Part shown: positions 1-10,054 of the stretch, piece after piece
Numbering within the stretch: the first letter of the stretch is position 1
Layout: every line of letters starts with the position of its first letter
NCBI GenBank assembly: GCA_965112735.1
Contig: OZ218961.1
Span: forward strand, 868,001 to 932,000
From: Phaeosaccion multiseriatum
Lineage: Eukaryota; Protista; Ochrophyta, other classes
DNA length: 64,000 bases
Direction of reading: 5' to 3'
The notes under the pieces: model-generated
What the model saw: only the letters and a program-made list of their open reading frames with translations
Told to the model about the DNA's origin: nothing
Databases searched by the model: none
Translations under genes and position numbers: made by a program

Positions 1-1714
1 CAACAGCAGCAGCAAGGCGGGAAAGAAGAGCCCTTCAGGCACTAAGAAGAGAGGCAGAGACGTCATGAACCGCACCACAGTCGGGCCTCCTCCTGCTCCA
101 TCTGCTGCCTTCTCCTCCTCCTCCCCGGGGGGCTTTGTGCCCTCCAAGAAGCCCTTCAAAAAAGTCTCTAGGGAGGCCTTAGCGTGGCCAAATAGGTTAC
201 CGCAAGTCGGAGATCAGGTATGTCAAGGAGTGTGATGTGTGTGTACGTGCCTGCGTCGTGCGTTTGTTTGCGCAAGTGTGTGTGTGTCTGTAAGAGAGAA
301 AGTGTGTGTGTGTGCGTGTGCGTGTGTGTGCGTGTGTGTGTCTGTAAGAGAGAAAGTGTGTGTGTGTGTGTGTGCGTGTGTCTGTAAGAGAGAAAGTGTG
401 TGTGTGTGCGTGTGCGTGTGTGCGTGTGTGCGTGTGCGTATCCTCCCATCCCAGGGGGGTTGTCCCCACCTCCGTCCGTTCCAACTCTCTTTGCCCTGCC
501 CCTTTCCCACACACCTCAATTCCACCTCCCTCACCCCACCCCCCCCCACACATCCACACGACTGATTATCGACGATCGATTAATTATCGAATTATCGATT
601 GTGTATGTGCTTTGCTTTGCCCCTCTGCTCTATCCAAAGGTGGCGGCGAAGGTTGCGTCTCACGACCTGTGGATCTTGACTACTGTGGTGGGGTACAATC
701 CCGCAACGGAAATCTACGAAGTCATCGATGATGACGACCCTACAGAAAAGAGGTGTGTGAGAGAGAGAGAGAGTGTGTGTGTATGTGTGCGTGTGTGTGT
801 GCGTGTGGTGTCTCCCAGCACTACCCACCCGCCCTCTGCTCTTCTCCTATTCCCGGTTTAATTAGTCCCCTCCCTTTATTCTCATTCCCCCCCCCCTCTC
901 TCTCTGTGTATATATATATCCTCTGTGCCTCTGTGTGTATATATGCATCTCTCTCCTCTCTGCCTCTCTCTGCCTCCTCTCTCTCTCACCAGGCACTTCT
1001 TCTTGCAGCGATGGCAAGTGGTCAACATGGCCCGTCCTGGAGAGGCCACGGGCACGGGATGGCAGGCAAGTACACGCACGCACCCACACACACAAAACAC
1101 AGACGCACGCACGCACCCACACCCGCACAAAACATACACAGGCATACACCCACACACATACACAACACACACACGCAGACACGAACGTACACGCACGCTG
1201 CCCGCTCTTCTTCTCCTCTGTCTGCTCACTCTCCTCACTCTCCTCCCCCTCTACCCGCCCACTTAACTCTCCTCTCCCTTCCCCTCTCTCTACCTCCTCA
1301 TCCATTGCCTTACTGCAGGTTGGTGAGCGTGTGCTGGCCATGTATCCCGACACCACGTCCTTCTACATTGCCGCAGTCAGCGCTCGGCCCTACCAGAAAG
1401 GACCAGCAGGTGGGCGAGTGAGAGAGCGAGCAAGAAGAAGGAAGGGAAGGGTGGACCTGTGGCTTTACTTTCCTTTCTCTTCAATTGAGTCTCCCTTGTT
1501 ATACAGTTGTAGACTTGTCTCGTTTCAAAGAAGAATCGACTTGCTTGTCGGTACATGCTTGCATCTACTCATTGTGCCCATGTCTTCTTCTTCCTCCTCC
1601 TCCTCCTCCTCTTCTTATTCTTATTCTTCTTCTTCTTCTTCTTCTTCTTCTTCTTCTTCTTCTTTCTCCTCCTCCTCCTCCTCCTCCCCTCCTGTACATA
1701 CACGCCGGCCGTGC

Positions 1715-1749
<35 letters not shown>

Positions 1750-1932
1750 TGCAACCCCCCACCCGGCCAAGCAGCAACAGGAGGAGGTAGCAAGGGTAGA
1801 GCATTGCTTGACACTTGCGTGATCCAATTCGATGGAGATGAAGATGAGTCTGGCACCCTCCCTGACCGACACATCCCTGCGCGCTTCGTGTGCTACATGC
1901 CCCCGCGGAGAGGCGGTAGCAGCAGTGGTTGA
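1..1932 (+). CDS. SGF29: SAGA-associated factor 29 (tandem Tudor), 5' partial, spliced
   Basis: Exons <1-217, 640-752, 993-1065, 1319-1409 and ~1772-1932 splice in frame to VGDQ|VAAKV..WILTTVVGYNPATEIYEVIDDDD..VGERVLAMYPDTTSFY..CVIQFDGDED..RHIPARFV, matching the two SGF29 Tudor domains. Confidence 0.85.
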
Positions 1933-2030
1933 ATACGCGCGAGAACGGCGGCGGTCTGATGGATAGACGTACATACCACCACACCAACACGCATACATTC
2001 ACACGTTGCGGGCGCGCGTGCGTGCGTGTG

Positions 2031-2069
<39 letters not shown>

Positions 2070-2611
2070 ATTGATACAAACGGTGCCCACATACACAGGG
2101 GTACTATTGGTGTGATGGAGGGGCAGAGGGGGGGGGGATTTTGGGCGTTTTTTACCCGCGCATGCATACACATACACGAGCATGCCATGTGTATTCTTTC
2201 GTGCGTGTGTGTGTGTGTGCGTGTGCGTGTGCGTGTGTGTGTGTGTGAGAGAGAGTGAGAGTGTGCGTGCGTGCGTGCGTGCGTGCGTGCGGGCCGGGAC
2301 GGGGGGGGGGGGGGTAGAGAGAAGTTGGGGAGGGGAGGGGAGGGGAGGTGTCTTTTGCAGGCAAATCTTCAGTTAGACTTTTAGTCGTCACCGTTTGTGC
2401 GAGTATGCTTTGCTAGAAGGCTCTGTCACGTGTGGACGCAGGCAGCAGCAGGGACTTGCACCAGACACCAGATACCATACAATGTACGCAGAACGAGAGA
2501 GAGAGAAAAGAGATGAAGGCATAGCGAGAGATAGAAACAAGAGAGGACGAGAGAAGCGAGAGGAAGCCACAGAGAGAGAGAAGGGTGAGAGAGAGAGAGC
2601 AAGGAGATTGC

Positions 2612-2760
2612 GTTGGTTGGTTGGTTGGTTGGTTGGTTGGTTGGTTGGTTGGTTGGTCGGTTGGTTGGTTGGTTGGTTGGTTGGTTGGTTGGTTGGTTGG
2701 TTGGTTGGTTGGTGGGTCGGTTGGTTGGTTGGTTGGTTGGTTGGTTGGTGGGTCGGTTGG
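2612..2760. repeat. (GGTT)n microsatellite
   Basis: About 37 near-perfect GGTT units seen directly. Confidence 0.9.
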
Positions 2761-3369
2761 TCTCCGAGGCAGCACAAGCAGGAGGAGAGGAGAGGAGCAT
2801 CGGGACGCGGTGAGAGTGACAGCGCTGTACGTTGTTGCTTTCGAGGGGCGGGGGCGTACTTATTGACTTAATAGGGACTGGACTGAATGAACTGATTGCC
2901 CGGCACTCCAGACCCGGCACGGTCTTCAGCTGCCACCTGATCCGATGGCGATGGCGGGCATGATGGACGTTTTCGTTCATGGGAAGGACGAGCTTCTTCG
3001 AAGCTTAGAGAGAGGGACACAAGAAGTATGTATTGCATAAAAATAACAGTGAAATACCAGTGCGTAGTCAACAGTGAGTAGGTGGGGAGGAATTTATTGG
3101 CTTGAAGGTGTGTGTGTGTGTGTGTGTGTGTGGAAGAGAAGAGGGGAAGAGAAGAGGAGAAGAGACCCCCCCCCAGCTGTGATTTTTGGTCCACCAACCC
3201 GTCCACTTCCTGCTCGCACATTCTCCCCATTCTCTTCGTTCTCTCTTCATCCTCTACCTCTCTTCCCCCTTCGGCCTTCCATTATACTCTATGTTGGTAC
3301 CTATCGTATGTGAGAAAAAATAGTGAAGCTGGCGAGCACAGCGACGAGCAACAGGCGAGACTACGGCCG

Positions 3370-4305
3370 ATGAATCCTCAAGAAGGTGCAATGGCAGACG
3401 ACAAGGGAAACGCCACTGCTGAGCCGTACTTCTTCCAGACCAATGGAGTGCCAATGACAGCTAAGGGTTGCGTACTACACCTCGGAGTCGGCCCCGGAGA
3501 TGGTGGGTGTGGCTTGCTAATATGGACCCGCCCGTCTTCGCCCATTACTCAGCACCCTCCTCATGCGTTCCCCTCTCTCTCCCTCTAACCCTTCCCCTCT
3601 GATGCGTATCCTTTTCTCTGACCCCTCACCCCCCCTCCCCTGTCTCCGTCGCTCTCTCCATTTTCTCCCCCGTCTCCTTCTCTGCCCCTCTTCCTTGCAA
3701 CCCTCTGCTGTCCCTCTGCTTTCCTTTTGGAGTGCAGTTGCAAACAACATTATCACCGTGGGCAGTGAAAGCCGTGCCCGCATCCTCTGCTCCCTTCTGG
3801 ACGGATCCTTGGCGCCCTTGGGTTCCTCGGAATCGGACACCCCAACCTCGCCCACTGCGCCCAGTGTGCGTACTATCCGCAGCAGCCGAGGCTTTGTCAC
3901 GCACACAGGCAAGGAGAAGGAGCAAGTGGCAGGAAGGAGGGTGGAAGGGGGTTGGAGATGAAGATATTCATGCACATTTGATGTGCAACACCCCCTTTGA
4001 TGGATGTGCGTGTGCTCCTCCTCCTCCTCTCGTCGTCGTCGTCGTCGTCGTCTTCCCCTGCGTTTCTATCAACACAACTGGCCTGATCTGACCACCTTTC
4101 CCATCATTCCCCACCTCTCTTGCCCCCCCCTCCCCCTCCCTTCTTGCTTGCACAGGCCGCTTCCGAGGTGTGCCTGTAACTATCGTGTGTATTGGGATGG
4201 GGTTCCCTAATATGGACTTTATGGTTCGCGAGCTCAGGCAGGTGAGAAAGAAAGCTTACTTCATGCTTTCCCTCATAGGAGTTACACCATGAGGTGTGAG
4301 CAGGG

Positions 4306-4350
<45 letters not shown>

Positions 4351-4635
4351 TTCCTTGTCTGAGGGGAGGGCGCTTATCTGCTTTCTATATCTCTGTCCAC
4401 CTCTCAATCTCTCTCCCGACCCCTCTCTCTTTCCCTCCCTCTCTCTTTGTCTCTCTCTCTGCCCCCCCCCTACCTCTGCTCCATAGGTAGTGGAGGGTCC
4501 CATGTTGGTGATACGGCTAGGAAGCTGCGCCAGCCTGCGGGACGACTTGCCTATTGGGGGCGTGGCAGTGGCGAGTCAAGGTTCCACCTTCGTGCGTCAA
4601 AACCCTGACGCTTGGAGTTTGGCATGGGCCCAGGG

Positions 4636-4680
<45 letters not shown>

Positions 4681-5248
4681 CAGAAGCAGCAGCGACGGTG
4701 GCGGCGGCGGGAGGAGAAGGAGGACGAGGAACGAGGGGGGTGAGCAGGAGGATGAGAAGGAGGAAGGAGACGAAGAGGAACAGGAACAGCAGGAGGAGGA
4801 TGATGAAGGAGAGGATGCAGCACAGACAAAGTCCCACAACCGTCCAGTCAACCCGACCTCCCCTCCTCCTCCTCCCTGCTACGTGTTCCACCACGTCGTG
4901 GCTGCTGACGCTGCCCTCTCCAATGCCTTGCTGGAAGAGCTGCGAGCAGAGGCGGCAACCGCTGTGGAAGCTTCGGGGGTAGAAGAAGGTAGGTCCTGCT
5001 TGTCCATCGTGCCCATTGTTCGTACCGCCTCCCCTGTCTCTGGCAGGGTAGTGGTTTCTGAACTTGGTATGGTCTGGGCGATTTGCAATGTCCCCTTGCT
5101 TGCTTTTTGCTTATTTTGGTCGATCCACGCAGTAATCTTACGGGTATACACACATGCGCCCACCCGTCCCTTGGGATTCATTCCTCCCCTACCCTTGGCT
5201 TTCCTTTTCCTCTCGTAAACCCCCGCAGAAGCAGAGGCCACTGGCCAC

Positions 5249-5279
<31 letters not shown>

Positions 5280-6319
5280 CTGCCACTTCCAGCAGCAGCA
5301 ACAGCAACAGCAGCAGCAGCGGCGGCGGCGGTGACAAAAGCAGCAGGAGTGACAGTGGCAGCAGAGCAGTTGACAGGAGCAATACTTCCTTTCCGATGGT
5401 GGTGATGGGCTGCCTAAATGCCACAACGGACAGCTTTTACAGCTCGCAGGGGCGTCGAGATGGGATGTTTGAGGACCGAAATGAAGCGCTCCTTGCCGAA
5501 CTTGGGGAGCGCTACCCCAACCCGAATCAGCAGGTGTCAACGCTGGAGATGGAGACGTTTCACCTCCTGTTCTTGGCCCGCTTGTGCAGCGCTACTGCCG
5601 CTGCTGCCGCTACTACCACTGCTCCTGCTACTACCACTACTACTGCTACTGCGCCTGCTACTGCCACTACTTCTACACGGATACCTGGTGTCGGGTGAGT
5701 GGTGAAAGGGGAGGAGATGAGAGAAGGAAGGAAGGTGTGTACTGACACATGTGGGCGCCGCTACTGTTACACCCGGGTCCGGGGCCCGGCTGCTCTGGTT
5801 TGAAGGGGGGGTCGGCTGAGTGACAAGGAGAGGAGATGAGAGGGCGTGATAACGGTGCATACGTTGGGTAATGTTGAATCTCAGTATTATGTCAATGGCC
5901 CAGACCTAGGCACATAAAGAAGGAAGACCACATTGAATCTGTGCTTCAGATGACTCAAATGTTGTTCATCCTCTTGGAATTATTGTTTGTATGGGTACTT
6001 GTTTTGCAGTCAAGACGCAGCTCAGGGAGTAAACGGGACTACAGAAGCAACTGCAGCACCGGCCGGCCCACCCGCAGCAGCACCAGCAGCAGCAGGGGGA
6101 GGAGAGGGAGGAGGGGGGGTACCACACACCATCCGCGCAACAGCAGCTTCTCTCGTGCTCGCTAACCGCGTTGGGCCGGGCATTGCCATCGACAAGGAGC
6201 AGATTGCTCTGCTGGAGAGGAAGGCGGGGAAGGCTGTGCTTCGAGCGCTCGTGCGAGTGGCTGCTGGTAATGGGACCCCATTCCCGCGAGGAGTGAGGGG
6301 GTCATCAGTGAGGGATTGA
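3370..6319 (+). CDS. Uridine/purine nucleoside phosphorylase family protein (PNP_UDP_1), 6 exons, low-complexity insertions
   Basis: Spliced product contains VLHLGVGPGD|VANNIITVGSESRA, SSRGFVTHT|GRFRGVPVTIVCIGMGFPNMDFMVRE, VIRLGSC, NATTDSFYSSQGR, LEMETFHLLFLA and ASLVLANR. Start is ATG 3370 or 3391. Confidence 0.82.
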
Positions 6320-6544
6320 GTGAGTGAGTGAGTGAGTGAGTGAGTGAGTGAGTGCGAGCATCTATCTGAGTGCAAGAGTGAGGACGTGAGTCAGTGAAGG
6401 ATTGAAGGATAGAGTCAGTCAGAGGCTTGGTATTTAGTGAATGTCGCTCGTCCATGTTGCTCCTTAGAGAGTCACAGATGGGCAATGGGTGCGACTGGCT
6501 GCCCGCTCCTCCGGCTGACGCAGTCGATAACATATCAATGGTAG

Positions 6545-8347
6545 TCATGCCGCACCGGTGACCCGCATCACCACCACCCCCGGGTTTTGTTCATCCCCCC
6601 GTGCTTCGACTCCTGCTCTCTCCTGCAAGTAGGCCAACACCACGGGCTTGAGAACGCTGATGCCGTCTTGTCCGTGACGGACTCGGCCTGTGACAACTTC
6701 GATCTCAACCCCCGCCTTCGCCTCTGAGAGCACGCACCGAAGCGCTGCCTTGCTTGTTCCCCTGGTGAAACCGCGCAAGTCCACCTTCGTTCCAGGCTCC
6801 GACCAGTGTGTGTAAAGCCCTGCCGACACGGCCTCTGCATACAGCTCGTCAGCAGCCTTCTCTTCTCCACCCTCCTGCACAGCATCAATGGTGGCGTTGT
6901 AGGCCGCTGTGTCAGGAGCGATTCCTTCCTCCTTCATATCGTTGAACAGCCTCAGGGCCTCCACGTGTTGCTTGGCCTTGGCGCATGCGTCAATGGTGGT
7001 CGTGTAGCTCCTTACATCGGGAGGGATTCCTTCTGCCTTCATCTCCTGCAATAGCCCCAGTGTCTCCACGTGCTGGTTGGACTTGGCGTATGCGGCGATG
7101 GTGGCGTTGTAGGAACGTACGTTGGGGTGGATTCCTTCCTTCTTCATCTCCCTCAATAACTCCAGTGCCTCCTCGTGTTTGTTGGCCTTGGCGCATGCAT
7201 CAATGGTGCTGGTGTAGCTAACTACGTCAGGGGCGACTCCTCCTGCCTTCATCTCCCTCAATAACTCCAATGCCTCCACGTGTTTGTTGGCCTTGGTGCA
7301 TGCGTTCATTGCGACGTTATATATGAATACGTCAGGGGCCAGTCCTTCCTTCTTCATCTCCCTCAATAGCCCCAGTGCCTCAACGTGTTGGTTGGCCTTG
7401 GCGCATGCGTCAATGGTGGAGTTGTAGCTGATCACGTCAGGAGCGACTCCTTCCTTCTTCATCTCCCTCAATACCCTCAGTGCCTCAACGTGTTGGTCGG
7501 CCTTGGCGCATGCGTCAAGGGTGGAGTTGTAGCTGATTACGTCAGGAGCGACTCCTTCTGCCTTCATCTCCCTCAATAACCTCAGTGCCTCCACATGCTG
7601 CTTGCCCTTGGCGCATGCGTCAATGGTGGCGTTGTAGCTGAGTACGTCAGGGGCGACTCCTTCTGCCTTCATCTCCCCCAATAACCCTAGTGCCTCCGCG
7701 TGCTGCTTGGCCTTGGCGCACGCGTCAATGGTGGCGTTGTAGCTCCATACATCGGGACGGAGTCCTTCTGCCTTCATCTCCCTCAATAACCTCAATGCCT
7801 CCACGTGTTGGTTCACCTTGGCGCATGCGTTGATGGTAACGTTGTAGCTGATTACTTGAGGGGCAATTCCTTCTGCCTTCATCTCACTTAATAGCCTCAA
7901 TGCCTCAACGTATTGGTTGGCCTTGGCACATGCGTTAATGGTGGAGTTATAGGTTACTACAGTGGGTGCGATTCCTTCCTTCTTCATCTCTGCCAGAAGG
8001 GCCAGTGCGCCCTTCCACCGCCCGCACTTCCCAATGACAGAAATCGCAGTATTTAGGCAGTACAGACCGGGCTTCAGGCCCTCGCGTCGTGCTCGTTCCA
8101 GAGTAGGTGCAACCCTCTTCCAATCCTTGCTCTTGCCCAGAGCTTGGATCTCCTTCAGGAGCCGCATCTGCCTCGACTTGTCACCCCGCTTAGTGGAGAA
8201 GCTGGACCATTGCTGCTGCAGCGGCTTCTGCTGGTGGAGAGTGGAGTCGGTGCGCCGTTCTGCTCCAAGTCCTGTTCTCCTACCAGTGCAGGAGGAGTAG
8301 CAGGTTCTCGCCACCCTCCTCAACGACATCACTCGCATCAGGATCAT
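6545..8347 (-). CDS. Intronless P-class PPR-SMR protein (12 PPR repeats plus C-terminal Smr domain), probable mitochondrial presequence
   Basis: 35-aa repeats PDVISYNSTIDACAKANQHVEALRLLREMKAEGVA. C-terminus VDLRG..IEVVTGR..VLKPVVLAYL..NPGVV is Smr-like. Arg/Ser-rich N-terminus MILMRVMSLRRVARTCYSS. Confidence 0.92.
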   Translation of the reverse strand: MILMRVMSLRRVARTCYSSCTGRRTGLGAERRTDSTLHQQKPLQQQWSSFSTKRGDKSRQMRLLKEIQALGKSKDWKRVAPTLERARREGLKPGLYCLNTAISVIGKCGRWKGALALLAEMKKEGIAPTVVTYNSTINACAKANQYVEALRLLSEMKAEGIAPQVISYNVTINACAKVNQHVEALRLLREMKAEGLRPDVWSYNATIDACAKAKQHAEALGLLGEMKAEGVAPDVLSYNATIDACAKGKQHVEALRLLREMKAEGVAPDVISYNSTLDACAKADQHVEALRVLREMKKEGVAPDVISYNSTIDACAKANQHVEALGLLREMKKEGLAPDVFIYNVAMNACTKANKHVEALELLREMKAGGVAPDVVSYTSTIDACAKANKHEEALELLREMKKEGIHPNVRSYNATIAAYAKSNQHVETLGLLQEMKAEGIPPDVRSYTTTIDACAKAKQHVEALRLFNDMKEEGIAPDTAAYNATIDAVQEGGEEKAADELYAEAVSAGLYTHWSEPGTKVDLRGFTRGTSKAALRCVLSEAKAGVEIEVVTGRVRHGQDGISVLKPVVLAYLQERAGVEARGDEQNPGVVVMRVTGAA

Positions 8348-9254
8348 TTGTTTTTGTATACATGTAGCTCTTCCCTCTTGCGTCTTTCGTATGGAACGCC
8401 ATCTGTGTTTGAGTAGTACAACACGTGCACCTGCTCGTCTCTTTTTCTCTCTCCCTTCACGCGCACACACACGCACTTTCAGTTTCTTAGGTGACTCCTA
8501 TTTAATACGCCCTCTCTCTCCCTTCGTGGACGACGCTGCTTGCCTCTGAGCGAAGGGGCGTCGCCGAGGAGGAAGATGGTGAAATGGAGGAGGAGCGGTA
8601 GCAGCTGTGGAGGCGGCGACAGAAGAGGGAGGGGAGGTATTCCAATTGGAGTCTCTTAATATCGGCGGTATACAGAGAGTGGCGTAGCTACTGCTTTGTG
8701 ACGATACCACTCATCCGGCAGACCGAGACGAGTCTTGTGAAGAACGTGGTGAGTGGCCCTCAGAAGAGCGTGTACTCTCAGCCATGCTCATCACAGTCAG
8801 TGCAGTGTCTTTCGGGGATTCATGATCATGACGTAACGTATGAAACACATGTAACGCATGTAGTGCGTGTAGTGCAGGTGCGAGCCCCTCCACCACATAG
8901 TCTGCCCCTGGGAGGAATTGGCGTGCTGTCTCGCATGCAGCGATGAACGAGCGACACAGTCATGAACGACCGGCACAGGCCCGTCTGCCTTTGCCCCAGC
9001 AGGACCTGCGCTGGTCCCGTAGGAGAGAGTGGAGCGCTTCGGGGCAGCTGCTGGAGTGGCTTGGCTTGCCTCCCTCCGAAGAGAGAGAGAGAGAGAGGTG
9101 AGCTGGATTAGATGTGATTGGGACGAGAGTGAATGCGTGTGGGTCCAGAGACCAGTACAGAGGAGGAGCAAGCACAGTACTTCGAACAACAGGGCTTGTG
9201 TGTGTAGTATTAATCGAGGTCAATAAACTCAATGAACTGAAGTTGGCACTAACA

Positions 9255-9794
9255 TTACGCTCCAGCGCTGGCCGAGGCCGCCTCTGTTGCCGCCCCCGCC
9301 GCTGCCGCTTTCTGTCGACTCTCCTCCTCCTCCCTCTCCATCTCCTCCATCGCTTGGCGGAAGCTCTTGGCGCAGTGGGATCGCTTCGGACTGAGCATCG
9401 TCTTCATAAACTCCGCCTGGGGCGTGGTGTAGTACGGGTTGTCTCTCACAATTGGCACAAAGCCATCCGGCTTCTCCCACTGCGGGTCGTGGGTGTGGCT
9501 GTTGACATAGTACAGTGCCCCGCTCTCAGGATCCACCTCCTCCACCCACTCCGGCGGCTCCCACTGACTTATCCCACTGGCGGAGTGGAAGTAGTATGTA
9601 GACCCATCCTCGTCGTGAAGCTCGTACCAGCACTCCTCGTCTGCCTCTCCATCATCATTGTCGCTGGAGTCTTCAAAGATACGTAGAGGGTCGCTGCCCT
9701 CCTCGCCCTCCCCCTCACCCTGCCCTACGAGCAGAGCTACGTGGCTGGGAGCCAGATGATACCAAAGCCCAGGCCCGGAGTGAAGCTCGTGCAT
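9255..9794 (-). CDS. Tandem WW-domain ORF or orphan exon
   Basis: WYELHDEDGSTYYFHSASGISQWEPP and WVEEVDPESGALYYVNSHTHDPQWEKP are two canonical WW domains. The true 5' end is unclear. Confidence 0.65.
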   Translation of the reverse strand: MHELHSGPGLWYHLAPSHVALLVGQGEGEGEEGSDPLRIFEDSSDNDDGEADEECWYELHDEDGSTYYFHSASGISQWEPPEWVEEVDPESGALYYVNSHTHDPQWEKPDGFVPIVRDNPYYTTPQAEFMKTMLSPKRSHCAKSFRQAMEEMEREEEESRQKAAAAGAATEAASASAGA

Positions 9795-9835
9795 GCCTCC
9801 TCCGGCCGGCGACTTCTAACAGGCGCTGTCGGAAC

Positions 9836-10054
9836 TCATGCCGCACCAGTGATCCGCATGACCACCCTCCCGGGGTTGTTTTCGTCTTCCCATGCTTCGA
9901 CTCCTGCTCTCTCCTGTAAGTAGGCCAACACCACAGGCTTGAGAACGCTGATGCCGTCCTCACTGCCTCGACCAACTTCGATCCCAGCCCCCGCCTTCAC
10001 CTCTGAGGGCACGCACCGAAGCGCTGCCTTGCTTGTTCCCCTGGTGAAAGCGCG
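9836..10054 (-). pseudogene. Smr-domain coding remnant downstream of the premature stop in PPR copy 2
   Basis: After TAA (10055-10057) the frame continues RAFTRGTSKAALRCVPSEVKAGAGIEVGRGSEDGISVLKPVVLAYLQERAGVEAWEDENNPGRVVMRITGAA*, collinear with copy 1. Confidence 0.8.

Noticed and set aside
561-600. ATCGAT-rich imperfect palindrome in an SGF29 intron
   Set aside because: Short and single-copy, with no TSD or other support.
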